The notes under the pieces: model-generated
Databases searched by the model: none
The model's input: the letters and a program-made list of their open reading frames with translations, nothing else
Told to the model about the DNA's origin: nothing
Position numbers and translations under genes: made by a program
Source of the DNA: Octopus sinensis
Taxonomy: Eukaryota
Length of the DNA: 64,000 bases
Assembly (NCBI RefSeq): GCF_006345805.1
Contig: NC_043023.1
Span: 18,228,001-18,292,000 of the forward strand
Direction: 5' to 3'
Shown here: one piece after another, positions 52,788-64,000 of the stretch
Layout of the letters: every line of letters begins with the position of its first letter
Numbering within the stretch: the stretch's first letter is position 1

Positions 52788-53002
52788 GTGTATGTGTGTG
52801 TTTGTGTGTCTGTGTTTGACACCCTAGCATTGCTTGACAAACGATGCTGGTGTGTTTACGTCCCCGACACTTAGCGGTTCGGCTAAAGACCGATAGAATA
52901 AGCACTGGGCTTACAAAGGATAAGTCCCAGGGTCGATTTGTTCGACTAAAGGCGGTGCTCCAGCATGGCCGCAGTCAAATAGACTGAAAGAAGTAAAAGA
53001 GA
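52575..53002 (+). mobile_element. SINE family A, full length, specific to copy B
   Basis: Absent at the paralogous site (~20795) in copy A. Confidence 0.9.
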
Positions 53003-53411
53003 GAAAGAAAGAGATATATATCAATATTATATCTATGTATATGCATGTGTATACACTTATACCCACAGACATGTATGAAGCTTGTTAACCAAACACATAG
53101 TCTTGGGTTCAGTCCCACTGCGTCGCAACATGGACGGGAATTTCCCGCTATAACCTCCGGCCGACATGCGACTTTTGAGTGAATTCGATAGCCGGAAACT
53201 GAAAGAAATACCTCATCTCAGTATATGTGCGGATAAGCGTGTATGTGTGTGTGTATGTGTGTGTGTATGTGTTTGTGCGTTTGTGTGTTTTAGTGTGCTT
53301 AACAACCGGCGCAGGTGCTTTTATGACCCCTTAATATTACCATTCATTCAATTAAATATTATTCAAGGGGGTGCGCCATCTTGGCCGATTCTACTGACGG
53401 AAACAAAAGAT

Positions 53412-53450
<39 letters not shown>

Positions 53451-55409
53451 TACATACATTCCAATGCAGACAGAAATGTATGCATAGATAGAAAATATAT
53501 ATATATATATATAAATATGGTGTCTGGGTGTCTGGGTGTCTGTCTGTGTATGTATATATAAAGAGCTGTATGTAGACATTATATGTATATATTGTTTATT
53601 ACTAAACAATATATATATTGTTTAGTAATACATGTATATATCTATGTACACACACAAACAAACTCACGCACACATACACACATATGTATGTATGTATAAT
53701 ATTACTTACTACTACATTGCAGTATTGCGTCACCCATTGTTCATTAACATTTCAATACATTGTACTGAACAAAACACACCAAACATTGTTAACATATGTT
53801 CTAAATGTTAAGTCAAATGGAAAAAACAACATCCCTTCCTTTCTCAAAATATCATATACTACTCTCTCTCTCTCTCTATTTCGCTTTCTCTAGCTTTCTC
53901 TCTAAAAGATAAGCATTATTTTGCTTTTGTGATGTGGTGCCTCAACAAATCACACACACACACAAAGATTCATAATACATACATACATATATAGTGAGTA
54001 CCCATAAGATAGTAGAAGCTATAGCCGCTAATAAGAAGGAGTATTTTTGAAATGTCCCAGTGAAACCCTCAATAAAATGTGACCATAATCGACGTGACAG
54101 AGAAGATTTGACTCAGGGAAGACAATCTGTGTACAGCTGTGGAAATGAGCTGACCAGCGGATGTTAACATAAATCTAAAGATCATAAAAAGAATTCTTGA
54201 ACTCTTGAGAAATCTACAGTTACACGTCCTATATTATCAGTTAACGTATAGACTTGAACTTGTAATCTGTAATTAGTGGGACACTGGGATATGCAACACA
54301 CTGTCTAATCCCGAGAAATTAGGCTTCCCAAAACTAGAAGGGAAAATGCTGTTTCGAAATCTACAGATTCAGGCCACGACTGGATCTCTTAAAATCTAAA
54401 TGTTTCCAGAAATTTATCATTTAAAAATATGCATGAGAATACATACACAAAACCAAATATACAAATCTGCACGTGTACTAATTTCAAATGCGGCTAATAT
54501 TCACGTGCATACATGCAAATGTACCCTGTGATGTTGAAATTCCAATGAAGGAACATTGGATCTAGGTTAGAATCCGGTTCACCCTCTACATATATAACTG
54601 GATAATCACATACATACATACATACATACATACATACATACATACATACATACATGGTGGCTGTCTCCTCGTTATCGAGTATGGCCATTGTAAGAGCAGT
54701 CGTATTATACTATTTCAGTTTTGTGCAGAGACCAGACTGGTCTTTTGTATTTTTCCAGCATTTTCCCGTCATTCTTTGCCCTTCACATCTGCATCCGCGA
54801 GGTTTCTTCAATCACTTCTCAAAGACTTTTTAAGCATTTGGCATGCTTTTTTACATTGCCAAAATTTAATTAAAGTTTTCTTTGGGGGGGGTGGGATTCC
54901 TCATCTTGAAAATGTGGCCCGAGTAGACACGAATGAATTCGGTTCATAATATCGAAACAATGCTATTTTAATCCCGAGCAAAGCCGGTTTTCTCTGCTAG
55001 TGTATCATATAGGAATAGTATTTCTATGTAATATACGATGTGTCTATGGATGTTTCTATTTGTTCTGCAGTGATTTAAGGCAGGTTTTCCCAATGTTGCA
55101 ATGGTTGCATGTTCTTTATTTCATATTCTACCATTATGATCATTGTTACTCAATAGTTATTGTAGATTTCCTGCAAAACGTCAAATTTCACCATTGTACA
55201 TATAAAAAAATCTATAAATTAAAAATTTGAAAATTTAGTGAAACGCAACTCGTAAGTATTGTCCAATTGTTATTGGATTTGAACGTGAAACGAGTGAACA
55301 AACCTGATTATTTTGAAATTTAACATAAAATTATTTACATTTTAAGCAATTATTATTAGAAATTATTGGTTTAGAAACAAATTATATGGTATCATACTTT
55401 GGACAAATA

Positions 55410-56480
55410 TTGAAAGAATTCCGGTCAGGTTTATTTGTAAGAATTGTTTGGTGTCTGAAAATATGAAGCCCACAAAAATTAAAAACGTTTTCATTCAAGA
55501 CATTTCTTTATAATAATAAGACTATAGAATTGTCTTGAAAGGCTATCAGTGCACAGAAGCAATCTCTTGAGCAAGTTATTCACTCAATAGACAGAGTGAA
55601 ATACTTAAGGGCATCATTTGAAGCTGCTTATTTAATTGCAAGAGATAAAAGAAACCCCAAACAACATCGGTGAAGAACTTGTATTAGCAGCAGCAATGAA
55701 AACATCAGGAATTATTCACTGAAATAACATGCAGATGAATCAAAGTTCGTCTGCGAAATGATAATGTTGGTATTTGTATTTCAGAAACTAATAATGATTA
55801 ATTGGAGTAAATTATGCGAAGGTTTTTAAACAACGTCTCTAAACATGCAATTCAATTAGATGAAGCAAGTAAAATTACAAACTATAGTAATATAGAATAG
55901 GGGCCAGGAAGATTGGTTCGTTAGATGGAGACTTTGTAGCTAAAAGTAGACGATAGTTTCTCAGAACTAGGCCTTCGATGGTATAAATGTAATGTAGTAT
56001 GTAATAAAGATGCAGAAGCTATGATAAGGAGGGAAATTGGGGTTGAAGTTAAATTTGTAAGATAAAAACCCTATTTCTGTCACTTATTGCAATCTTCACT
56101 GAGAGGTGTTGGTTTCTCAGAAAATATTTCCAGATACTTTTGCAATATTACAAGAAGCGGTTAAAATTATTAACGTTATGAAAATTCTTGTTCTCAATAG
56201 TTTCCTCTTCTGTTAGGAAATGGTATCCAATTTCGGCAAAGTTTATGAAGAACAGAAGTGTGATGAATCTGAAATGGAGAAGCTTTGAAACAATTGATAG
56301 AACTTTAAGAAAATGAAGACATAATATTCCTACTGGGATTAAATTCAGATTTGTTTCACAATGAAGATTCGTTATACAAATTATTCTATTTTTCAGACAT
56401 TTTTGGACAACTTAATAAACGTAATATGTCTGTACAAGAGGGAAAACACTGAAATTTCTTATTTATTCAAGAAAAATGTA
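55410..56480 (+). mobile_element. Highly decayed hAT (Buster/Charlie-like) transposase remnant
   Basis: Fragments SENMKPTKI, ASFEAAYLIARDK, NIGEELVLAAA, AIQLDEAS, YFSDIFGQLNK. Confidence 0.75.
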
Positions 56481-56777
56481 AAACGTGGTTGATTGTAAAG
56501 ACAGAAGCCACTTCCCCGCAGCTGAATTTCGTCGAGATACCTGTGCATCTGTCTCAATCTTCCACCGCCGACCAGATATCTCTACCGTCGACCTCCATGC
56601 TGTTAACAAAGGGAACCGGCTTCTTACACATTTTAAGCCGTTGATGCTTCAAGGAGTCGAGGCTTAGGGTACATGTCAGCTGCAGATGGACAGGTACTTT
56701 CTCTGTCAATGACGCTCTTAGGTCAGATGAGGATGATTCTGATGGTTGGGTAGAGCTGCAACATAACACTCAGAGAG

Positions 56778-56814
<37 letters not shown>

Positions 56815-57327
56815 GTGAGTGAAAGAAAGTGTGAAATATTAGTGAGGAAAAGAGACGACTCAGATGGTGTTTAGATTTGACGGTAATGTCCCACCGACAC
56901 GCACAGATGCAGGAGAGTTGAGCCGGGAAGCTTTCCGACTGGAACAGCGATTTCCAGAAGAAGACCCGTATTGGGAAGGCAGCCTTTCTCACAGATGTGT
57001 GCGACGAACCGAATTTGTTTCCTCATAACTCCCCGCCAAAGGGACAGTATTTAATAATAAGTTTCTGTAAATACGCTTCAGATGGTGATCATTCTGATTA
57101 TATCGGAATTTGTAGCGAAACAAATTTGTCTGTGGGCGGAAAGATGAGTTTCGTAAAATTCACATGAATTGTCTGTGTTTGCTCAAAACCTTAACAAAAA
57201 TGGGTTATTTTCTAATGTAATTTTCTGTAGATACGTTACAGTGTGTGTAAAACGTGATTATATTGGAATTTAATGTGGAAAGAAAACATAATGAGGACAC
57301 ACACACACACACTCTCACACACACACA

Positions 57328-57765
57328 ATAATAATAATGTTCGTCCATCAGTTCGAAGATGACCAACTGACATCATCTGATGGAACTGCCGCCATGAGAC
57401 CGGAGGTGGCCAATCCGAGCAAGGAAGCCCCTCCTACAGGTGGGGCAGAAGTGGGTAGGGGCCGTGCTACTGGTGCAGGCGGCTCTGGCTTTATGCATCT
57501 GACGTTTCTGCTCCGCTGACCGAATCCGTCCCTCCTCGGCTGTCCCTGCTCCCACGTTGATTGCGCTGCGCCAGGATGAGCGGTTGGCAGCAAGTGTCTC
57601 CCAGGTCACTGTTCCGATGGAGAAGTATTTGAGAGAGACCTTGAGACTATCCTTGTAGCGCTTCTTCTGCCCTCCGACTTTGCGCCTGCCCTGGCCGAGT
57701 TCACCGTAGAAGAGCTGTTTTGGGATGCGAGTGTCGGACATGCGGGAGACATGAGTTTCGGACAT
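57328..57765 (-). mobile_element. RTE-clade LINE 3' end
   Basis: HVSRMSDTRIPKQLFYGEL..GRRKVGGQKKRYKDSLK...WETLAANRSSWRS...CPTCRRGFLARIGHLRSH; short (ATT)n tail. Confidence 0.92.
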
Positions 57766-57917
57766 GTGGCACACACACACACATTCACACACACACAATG
57801 ACGCACATCACAATTTTCTTCGAAATTTCAAGTTTCCTTTTGTCGATATGTGACATGTTGTACTATGTATGTGTAGTAATCCATCAAATTAATTTTCTCA
57901 TATTCATTTCCGATATA

Positions 57918-58176
57918 CTTTTTCACGCTGAGAGTTGCTGAAGCATGGAACAAACTGCCGGGATCAGTTGTTAGTTGTCGGAGCACTGCATCCTTCAAAA
58001 CTTCCATGTTTTCTGAGATTCGCCAACACTGCACCTGATTTCCTCCCCTCTATACACACACAAGCTTCCAGACATTTGTACATTACTGCATACACCTTAT
58101 ACGCACTTTCGGACAAGTTGTGTTGCACCTGAGCACTGTATACAATAATTTCATTATTATTTATTATTATTATTAT
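57918..58176 (+). mobile_element. CR1/L2-type LINE 3' end
   Basis: FFTLRVAEAWNKLPGSVVSCRSTASFKT, then a short 3' UTR and an (ATT)n tail. Confidence 0.85.
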
Positions 58177-59449
58177 TTTATAATTGTAATCGACACACTC
58201 TGAAAGGCATTCATAGAAAATTCCATTAAAAATTTACTAATTTTCTGAAAGTTGTGAAAAAAGCCAGACGCCTTGTGTGAATTTTCCAAACTCCTCACAT
58301 CGAAGTACGAAAAATGTTTTCATCAAATAATCCGATATAATCGCAATTGACAGCATCAGAAGGTCAGTTTTAGAAAATATAATTCAAAATCTCCATCTTC
58401 TGGAAGCTCTGGGGCAGGAAATTCGGGTGTGAAACATCTGAAGCAATACCGAAAGGCATTTAATATCTTCACACTGAACTCATTCATAACCGTCGAGATG
58501 CGTCAACTTCCGTCGATTTCCGTTCTCGTAGCTCTTTCCCCGCAACACAGCTCCGTCACACATCCATGAGACCGGCCTGCGATGAGTAAAAACATTGTGT
58601 CGAGATGTTTCGGTTGTAGAGGCGTCGTCACTATGAGCTGAATTGTGCTCCGTTAGATTGCATTCGCTTGTTTCCTGTTCTATTCTCATCACTTCCGGTC
58701 TGATCCCTTTCCTTCTTGAAGTTTACTTTCACAATTTTGCAGCTTAAAATACGACGACAACCGGTGCACGGCTGCACTAAACTGCACTTTCATTGCATAT
58801 TCTTGCTCCCTTCTCTTTGTAGTGGACAGTTAATGGCTAATCTTTGCAGTTTTCTGACCAAATGCCAAATATAAAATAGAAACTATTAGATTGAGGCAAA
58901 TGTCCGTGCGTCGTGTTAAAATAATGATCTTTTTATGCAAGATTTTATTATAAATTAACAAATATTCTTCAAAATAAAGACCAAACGCAAGAACTTTTTC
59001 CTCAACTTAATAAATAAATTTTGAAGCAATTAAAGAAATAAGAGGTTTCATTTAGTATGCGATGTTTGGCTGCTATTTCTAGCAGCTGCATCCACAATAG
59101 GTGCAGGGTGCAGTGTGAAGATTACGAGGAGGAAATTAAAGGGTAAGAATTGCAATATTAAAAAAGCGAAACGAAAAACGAATCAGTGATATAGAAAAGT
59201 GTTCGATATTTATTGATATTGCGTTATAAACACTTCGATCTATTATTTACATTAAATCATTTTTGGAAATCTTCAAATTCTGCGCAAGAAAAAAATACAA
59301 TTTAAAGCGAAAAGGGATTCAATGAGAGTTATTGTTCTTACGCTTTGACACCTCCCACCACATTGTATAATGTAGAATGACTCCGCCCATTTTGCTTTCT
59401 TTATAAACTCATACCCTTCCCCTATTACTAAATATATATCGTCCAATAA

Positions 59450-62370
59450 GCGCGCTCTCCCTCTTTGTCTGTCACTTTCTCTTCCCTTCCGTCTCCCACC
59501 TTCTCATATATTACCCAATGCTTCCCCCTCCCTTGCTTGTAGTCTGAATTCCCTCTGTCTGTACCTCACTAAACCCAAAATGCATTTTCATACTCTTTCT
59601 CCCTCCCCTACAAAACATATCCTCCCACTTCTCCCTCTTTGTCTCCTTTCTCTCAGAACCTCATTATATATTCATTTTAACCAACCCCGCCTCCCTTGCA
59701 AAAGCGTTAACTCATCCTCTTCCTCACTTCCTAAACGTATATACATCAATTTCCCCCCTCTCTCTCTCTGACACACACACTCTTTCTCTTTCTTTCTCTG
59801 CCATTTCATACATTAACATATCCCTCCCCTTCCCTAGATTTCACTATCTCTCTTTCTCTCTTCCTTTCTCTCTCTCTCTTCCACTCTTTCTTCCTTTCTT
59901 TCTCTCTCTATCTCCCCCACCTCCTTATATCTTACCCTCTCCCTCTTCCTCTCCTTTTATTCCTAAGAAACCTTATTTTCTTACAAATAAATTATATTTC
60001 AGATTTACCTTAAATTTCTCTCTCGCTAATATTTTACCAGAAGCTAATTATTTAACTAACGATTAATTACATAATTACTGTGTAGTTCTTAATTGAGGAA
60101 ATTAAATAGTCGAGGCATTGACGGACAATTTAAGAAGCATTTATTCAAAGAATCGTCCTACAGGTGGTTTGACATTATGCTAGAAATAACAGCCCACTAC
60201 ACTCAAAGTTGCTTTGTTTTTCATACGAAATTGAAAGACAATTTAAGAAGCATTTATAAAACTTTTTCCCGGATCTGGTCAGACTTCTCCCTCGAATGAG
60301 AAACCAAGTGAAGAAGCGTCTATAAAACGTATTGGTGGTCTGTTATCTTGCTAGAAATAACAGACTATTACGCTGTACTTTACATTGTTTTCATGAAGGT
60401 CACTTTATGGAGCTTCTGAGGAAATATAGTCCACTTGGGGATCAAATGTGATACTAGAAATAACAGCCAAGTATGTTAAAGTTTGGTTTTGTGTTTCATA
60501 TGAAAATGAAGGACATTTCGAAAATCTTCTCTCTCCTTCCTCATTCTGTATTAATACCTCATCCTTCCCCTCTTCCTTTCTCTAATACATGATAGACTCC
60601 CTCTCTTATCACACACATCATTCCCTCTCCTTCTCTACTCCTCTCTCTGTCACTTATTTATGTTATTGTTTAACCCCGCCTCCCGCATCCCTCGTTTTCT
60701 CTCAACTCTTACTCTCCCTCCCTCACAAAGCATATATCTCATACATCATCTCTGTTTCCTTCCCCCTCCCTCACTTTTTGTCTCTCTCCCTCCTTTTTTA
60801 CCACCTCATATCTCATACTATCCCTCTACCTCTTTTGCGCCCCGCCCGACGTCACACTCTCCCTCTCTTTCTAAACCCATGTATCATTCTCTCTCTTCCT
60901 CCACCTCCTTATATAATACTCTCTCACTCTCTTACCTCATTCTTTCCCTCCCTTTCTCCTCCCTTTCCATCTCCCTCTCTTTCTCTATGTCTGTCTTTCT
61001 CTCTCTTTGCTCTCTCCAATTCTCTATTTCAGTCTCTCTCTTTCGCCCTCTCGCTTCTTATGTTTCTCTGTGTCTCCGTGTCTCTGTTTCTCTGTCTCTC
61101 TCTTTCTCCCTCTCTCCCTCTCCCTCTCTCTACTACCTTATTATATATTAATGCTCCGCCTTTTTACTCTTTGTCTATCATCTCATACTCCTCCTCTCTT
61201 CTTAACATTAATTTCTCTAATCCCTCCTCCTTCCTACTTCCTCTCTCCTTTCCTCTCCCTCTTTCTTCTCATCATTTTTACAGAATTACGTCGCCTTCCT
61301 CTCTATCTCTCTCTCATTCTTTCTTTCTTTTTGTTTCCCTTTAATTTCTTTCTATTTTCTTTCTTTCTTTTTGCATTATTTCTTTCTTTCTCGCCTTTCC
61401 CTCTCTTCCTTTCTTTCTTTCTATCCTTTCCCTATCTTCCTTTCTTTCTTCCTTTCTTTCTTTCTTTACTTTTCCTTTCCTTCTTCTTTCTTTTTTCGTT
61501 CTTTGTTTTTTCCTTCTCACTTCTTTGTTTCTTTGTTTTTTCTTTCTCTCTTCCTTTTTCTTTCTTTCTTTCTTCCCTTTCTTTCTTCCTTCCTTCATTT
61601 CTCGCATTCTTTCTTCTTTCCTTCTTTCTTTCTTTCTTTCTTTCTTTCCTTCCTTCTTTCTTCTTTCTTTCCTTCTTTCTTTCTTCCCTCCTTCCTTCCT
61701 CCCTTCCTTTCATTATTTTCATTATTTCCTTTCTTTTCTTCTTTCTTTCTTTCCTTTCTTTTTTCCTTCTTTCTTTTTTCTTTCTTTCTTCTTTCTTCCC
61801 TTTCTTTCTTCCTTCTTTCATTTCTCTCTTTCTTTCCTTCTTTCTTTCTTTCTTTCTTTCTTCCTTTCTTTCCTTTCTGTCGTCTATCTTCCTTCATTTC
61901 TCTCATTCTTTTTTCTTTCATTCATTCATTTTCGTTATTTCCTTCTTCTTACCCTTCATTTTTTTTCTTTCATCGCTCTTATCTTTCATTCTCCTTTGCT
62001 TCTTTTCTTTTTCTTCCTTCCTTTTATTGTCGTTGTTTCGTTTCCTTTCCTTTTCTCCTTTTTCTCTCTCTCCCTCTCGCCCTGCTCTTATCTTTCTCTC
62101 CTTCTTTCCTTCATTTCCCTTCTTTCTTTCTTTTCTCCTTCTTTTTTCCTTCATTCCTTCTCCCTTTCTTTCTTTCCTTCTCTCCCCCGCTCTCATTTCA
62201 TGCATTATTACAGAATCATGTTACTTTATTCCTTCCCTCCTCTTTCATTCCTTCTTTTTCTCTCTTTTCATTCTTCTTTTCTCTTTCTCTCTCTCTCACT
62301 CTCTTTCATTCTTTCCTTCTTTTTACTCTCTCTCTCACTCTCTTTCTTTCCCTTAATCTCATTGTTTCCC
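59450..62370. repeat. Long polypyrimidine tract, paralog of 23750-26820
   Basis: Same architecture and same flanks as the copy A tract. Confidence 0.9.
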
Positions 62371-63266
62371 TCCCAAAACCATTTCGACTTTTATAAAAGA
62401 ATCTCACCTCTCTATTCTCTCGCATTATTCGTGAAACAGCAACCAAACACCTTGAAATTCCTAATGTTTTTTTTTTATATAAAAGCAGAACACTTGAGGA
62501 GGCGTCTATCAAATATATTGCCCTACTGGTGGTCGGGTAATATGCTAAAAATAATAGTTTATATTATATTGCTTTTCATGAAGGATTAAAGGAGACTTTA
62601 AGAAGCATCCAGAAGAATATTATCCAATTGGTGGTCCTACGTGATGCTAGAAATAACAGTAAATATGTTTTTGATAAATATTTTTATTGGTTTTGTTGAA
62701 TAATATTTGTTGAAAAATAGCCGCAATAATTATGCACCAACCCAATATTTTACCTGACCCTTGAACTGAGCGTGACAAGGATTAAAGTGAGGGAAGGTTG
62801 CACAATAGCATCTGGCTCACTCTCTCGTCCCTTCCTCTGTGATTCCAGTGGAAGGATGAAGTGAAGAAAACTAAAGACACGTTGCAGTTCACCCTCCACA
62901 AAGCATGCTGGTCCGTTGAGCCTATCTATTGGTTTCCTCAGCACACTCCACCGGTTCACATCCTTAGATAGACAAGCCCTAGTCCACCAATGGTTAAAGG
63001 CCGTGTGCTACCCTTACCATGGTTTAGCCAGCCTGTGGAAGCCGTGAGCCTGGGTGTGGATACTGTTGCATGCAGATAGGATTGATGAACCACAGGTGAG
63101 AGGTGGGAGTCACGGGAGGACCAAAGCGGACGGACTACTCCAAGGAGTACTACATATGTTTTAACGTTTCGAGCAACGATTTTTCTTCAGAAACAGAAGA
63201 AATTTTAATAGAAAGGAAGACAGAGGAATAGAATCGCTAACGATTCACATGTGGTTACGTTTTGAA

Positions 63267-63322
<56 letters not shown>

Positions 63323-63524
63323 CTATATATAGTTGATTATCCTAAACTATGAATATTGTTATTGTTGTTCGTGGTGGTGTTGTTGCTGTTGTTGTTATTA
63401 TTATTATCTATAATTATTTCTATCTGTATGTCTCTCTCTCTCAATCTTTCTCTCTCTCTACTCACACACACACACACAATTATATATATCGGGAGAGAGA
63501 TAGTTAGGAAGGTAGGTAGGTACA

Positions 63525-63545
63525 TAGACAGATAGACAGACAGAG

Positions 63546-63609
<64 letters not shown>

Positions 63610-63752
63610 TAGAGAGATAGAAGATAGGTAGATAGATAGATAGATAGATAGATAGACGATATAGAAGACAGATAGATAGATAGATAGATAGATGAGGATG
63701 GATAGATGGAGGATAGATAGATAGATAGATAGATAGATAAGATAGATAGATG

Positions 63753-63783
<31 letters not shown>

Positions 63784-63867
63784 GGATAGATGGATAGATA
63801 GATAGATAGATAGATAGAAGGATGGATAAATGGATAGTAGATAGATAGATAGATAGATAGATAGATG

Positions 63868-63900
<33 letters not shown>

Positions 63901-63908
63901 GATAGATG

Positions 63909-63976
<68 letters not shown>

Positions 63977-64000
63977 TATGATGGATGGATAGATGGATAG
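63525..64000. repeat. (GATA)n microsatellite
   Basis: Long imperfect TAGA/TGGA run extending to the end of the window. Confidence 0.97.

Larger units (their letters stand above)
41511..63600 (+). repeat. Segmental duplication, copy B (extra sequence at 43479-52290 and 55407-58910)
   Basis: Block-by-block collinearity with copy A, as listed for that feature. Confidence 0.92.

Overview
AT-rich, microsatellite-dense animal (eukaryotic) genomic DNA. The SINE families and repeat landscape suggest an octopus or other cephalopod, which is an inference. Almost all ORFs in the supplied track are spurious translations of microsatellites. The only host gene is the 3' part of an adhesion GPCR: 8 in-phase GT-AG exons at 1865-12109 (+) encoding GAIN/GPS plus 7TM. 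The rest is mostly decayed transposons: two head-to-tail Helitrons (one with a broken Rep/helicase), several Tc1/mariner elements, a Ty3/gypsy element, two hAT remnants, RTE and CR1 LINE ends, a Penelope-like GIY-YIG fragment and several tRNA-derived SINE families. A large local segmental duplication pairs about 18.9-33.2 kb with about 41.5-63.6 kb. The most interesting signal is non-coding. Three unrelated repeat families with 400-550 nt units (28.4-31.4 kb, 31.6-33.0 kb, 47.6-49.3 kb) each carry a type I hammerhead ribozyme per unit with a minimal palindromic helix III, and each sits inside (TA)n tracts. Two of the three show inverted junctions, and two are absent from the matching site in the duplicate. 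They look like retrozyme-type elements (Penelope-dependent, possibly forming circular RNAs). All structures were assigned by eye; no folding program or database search was run.
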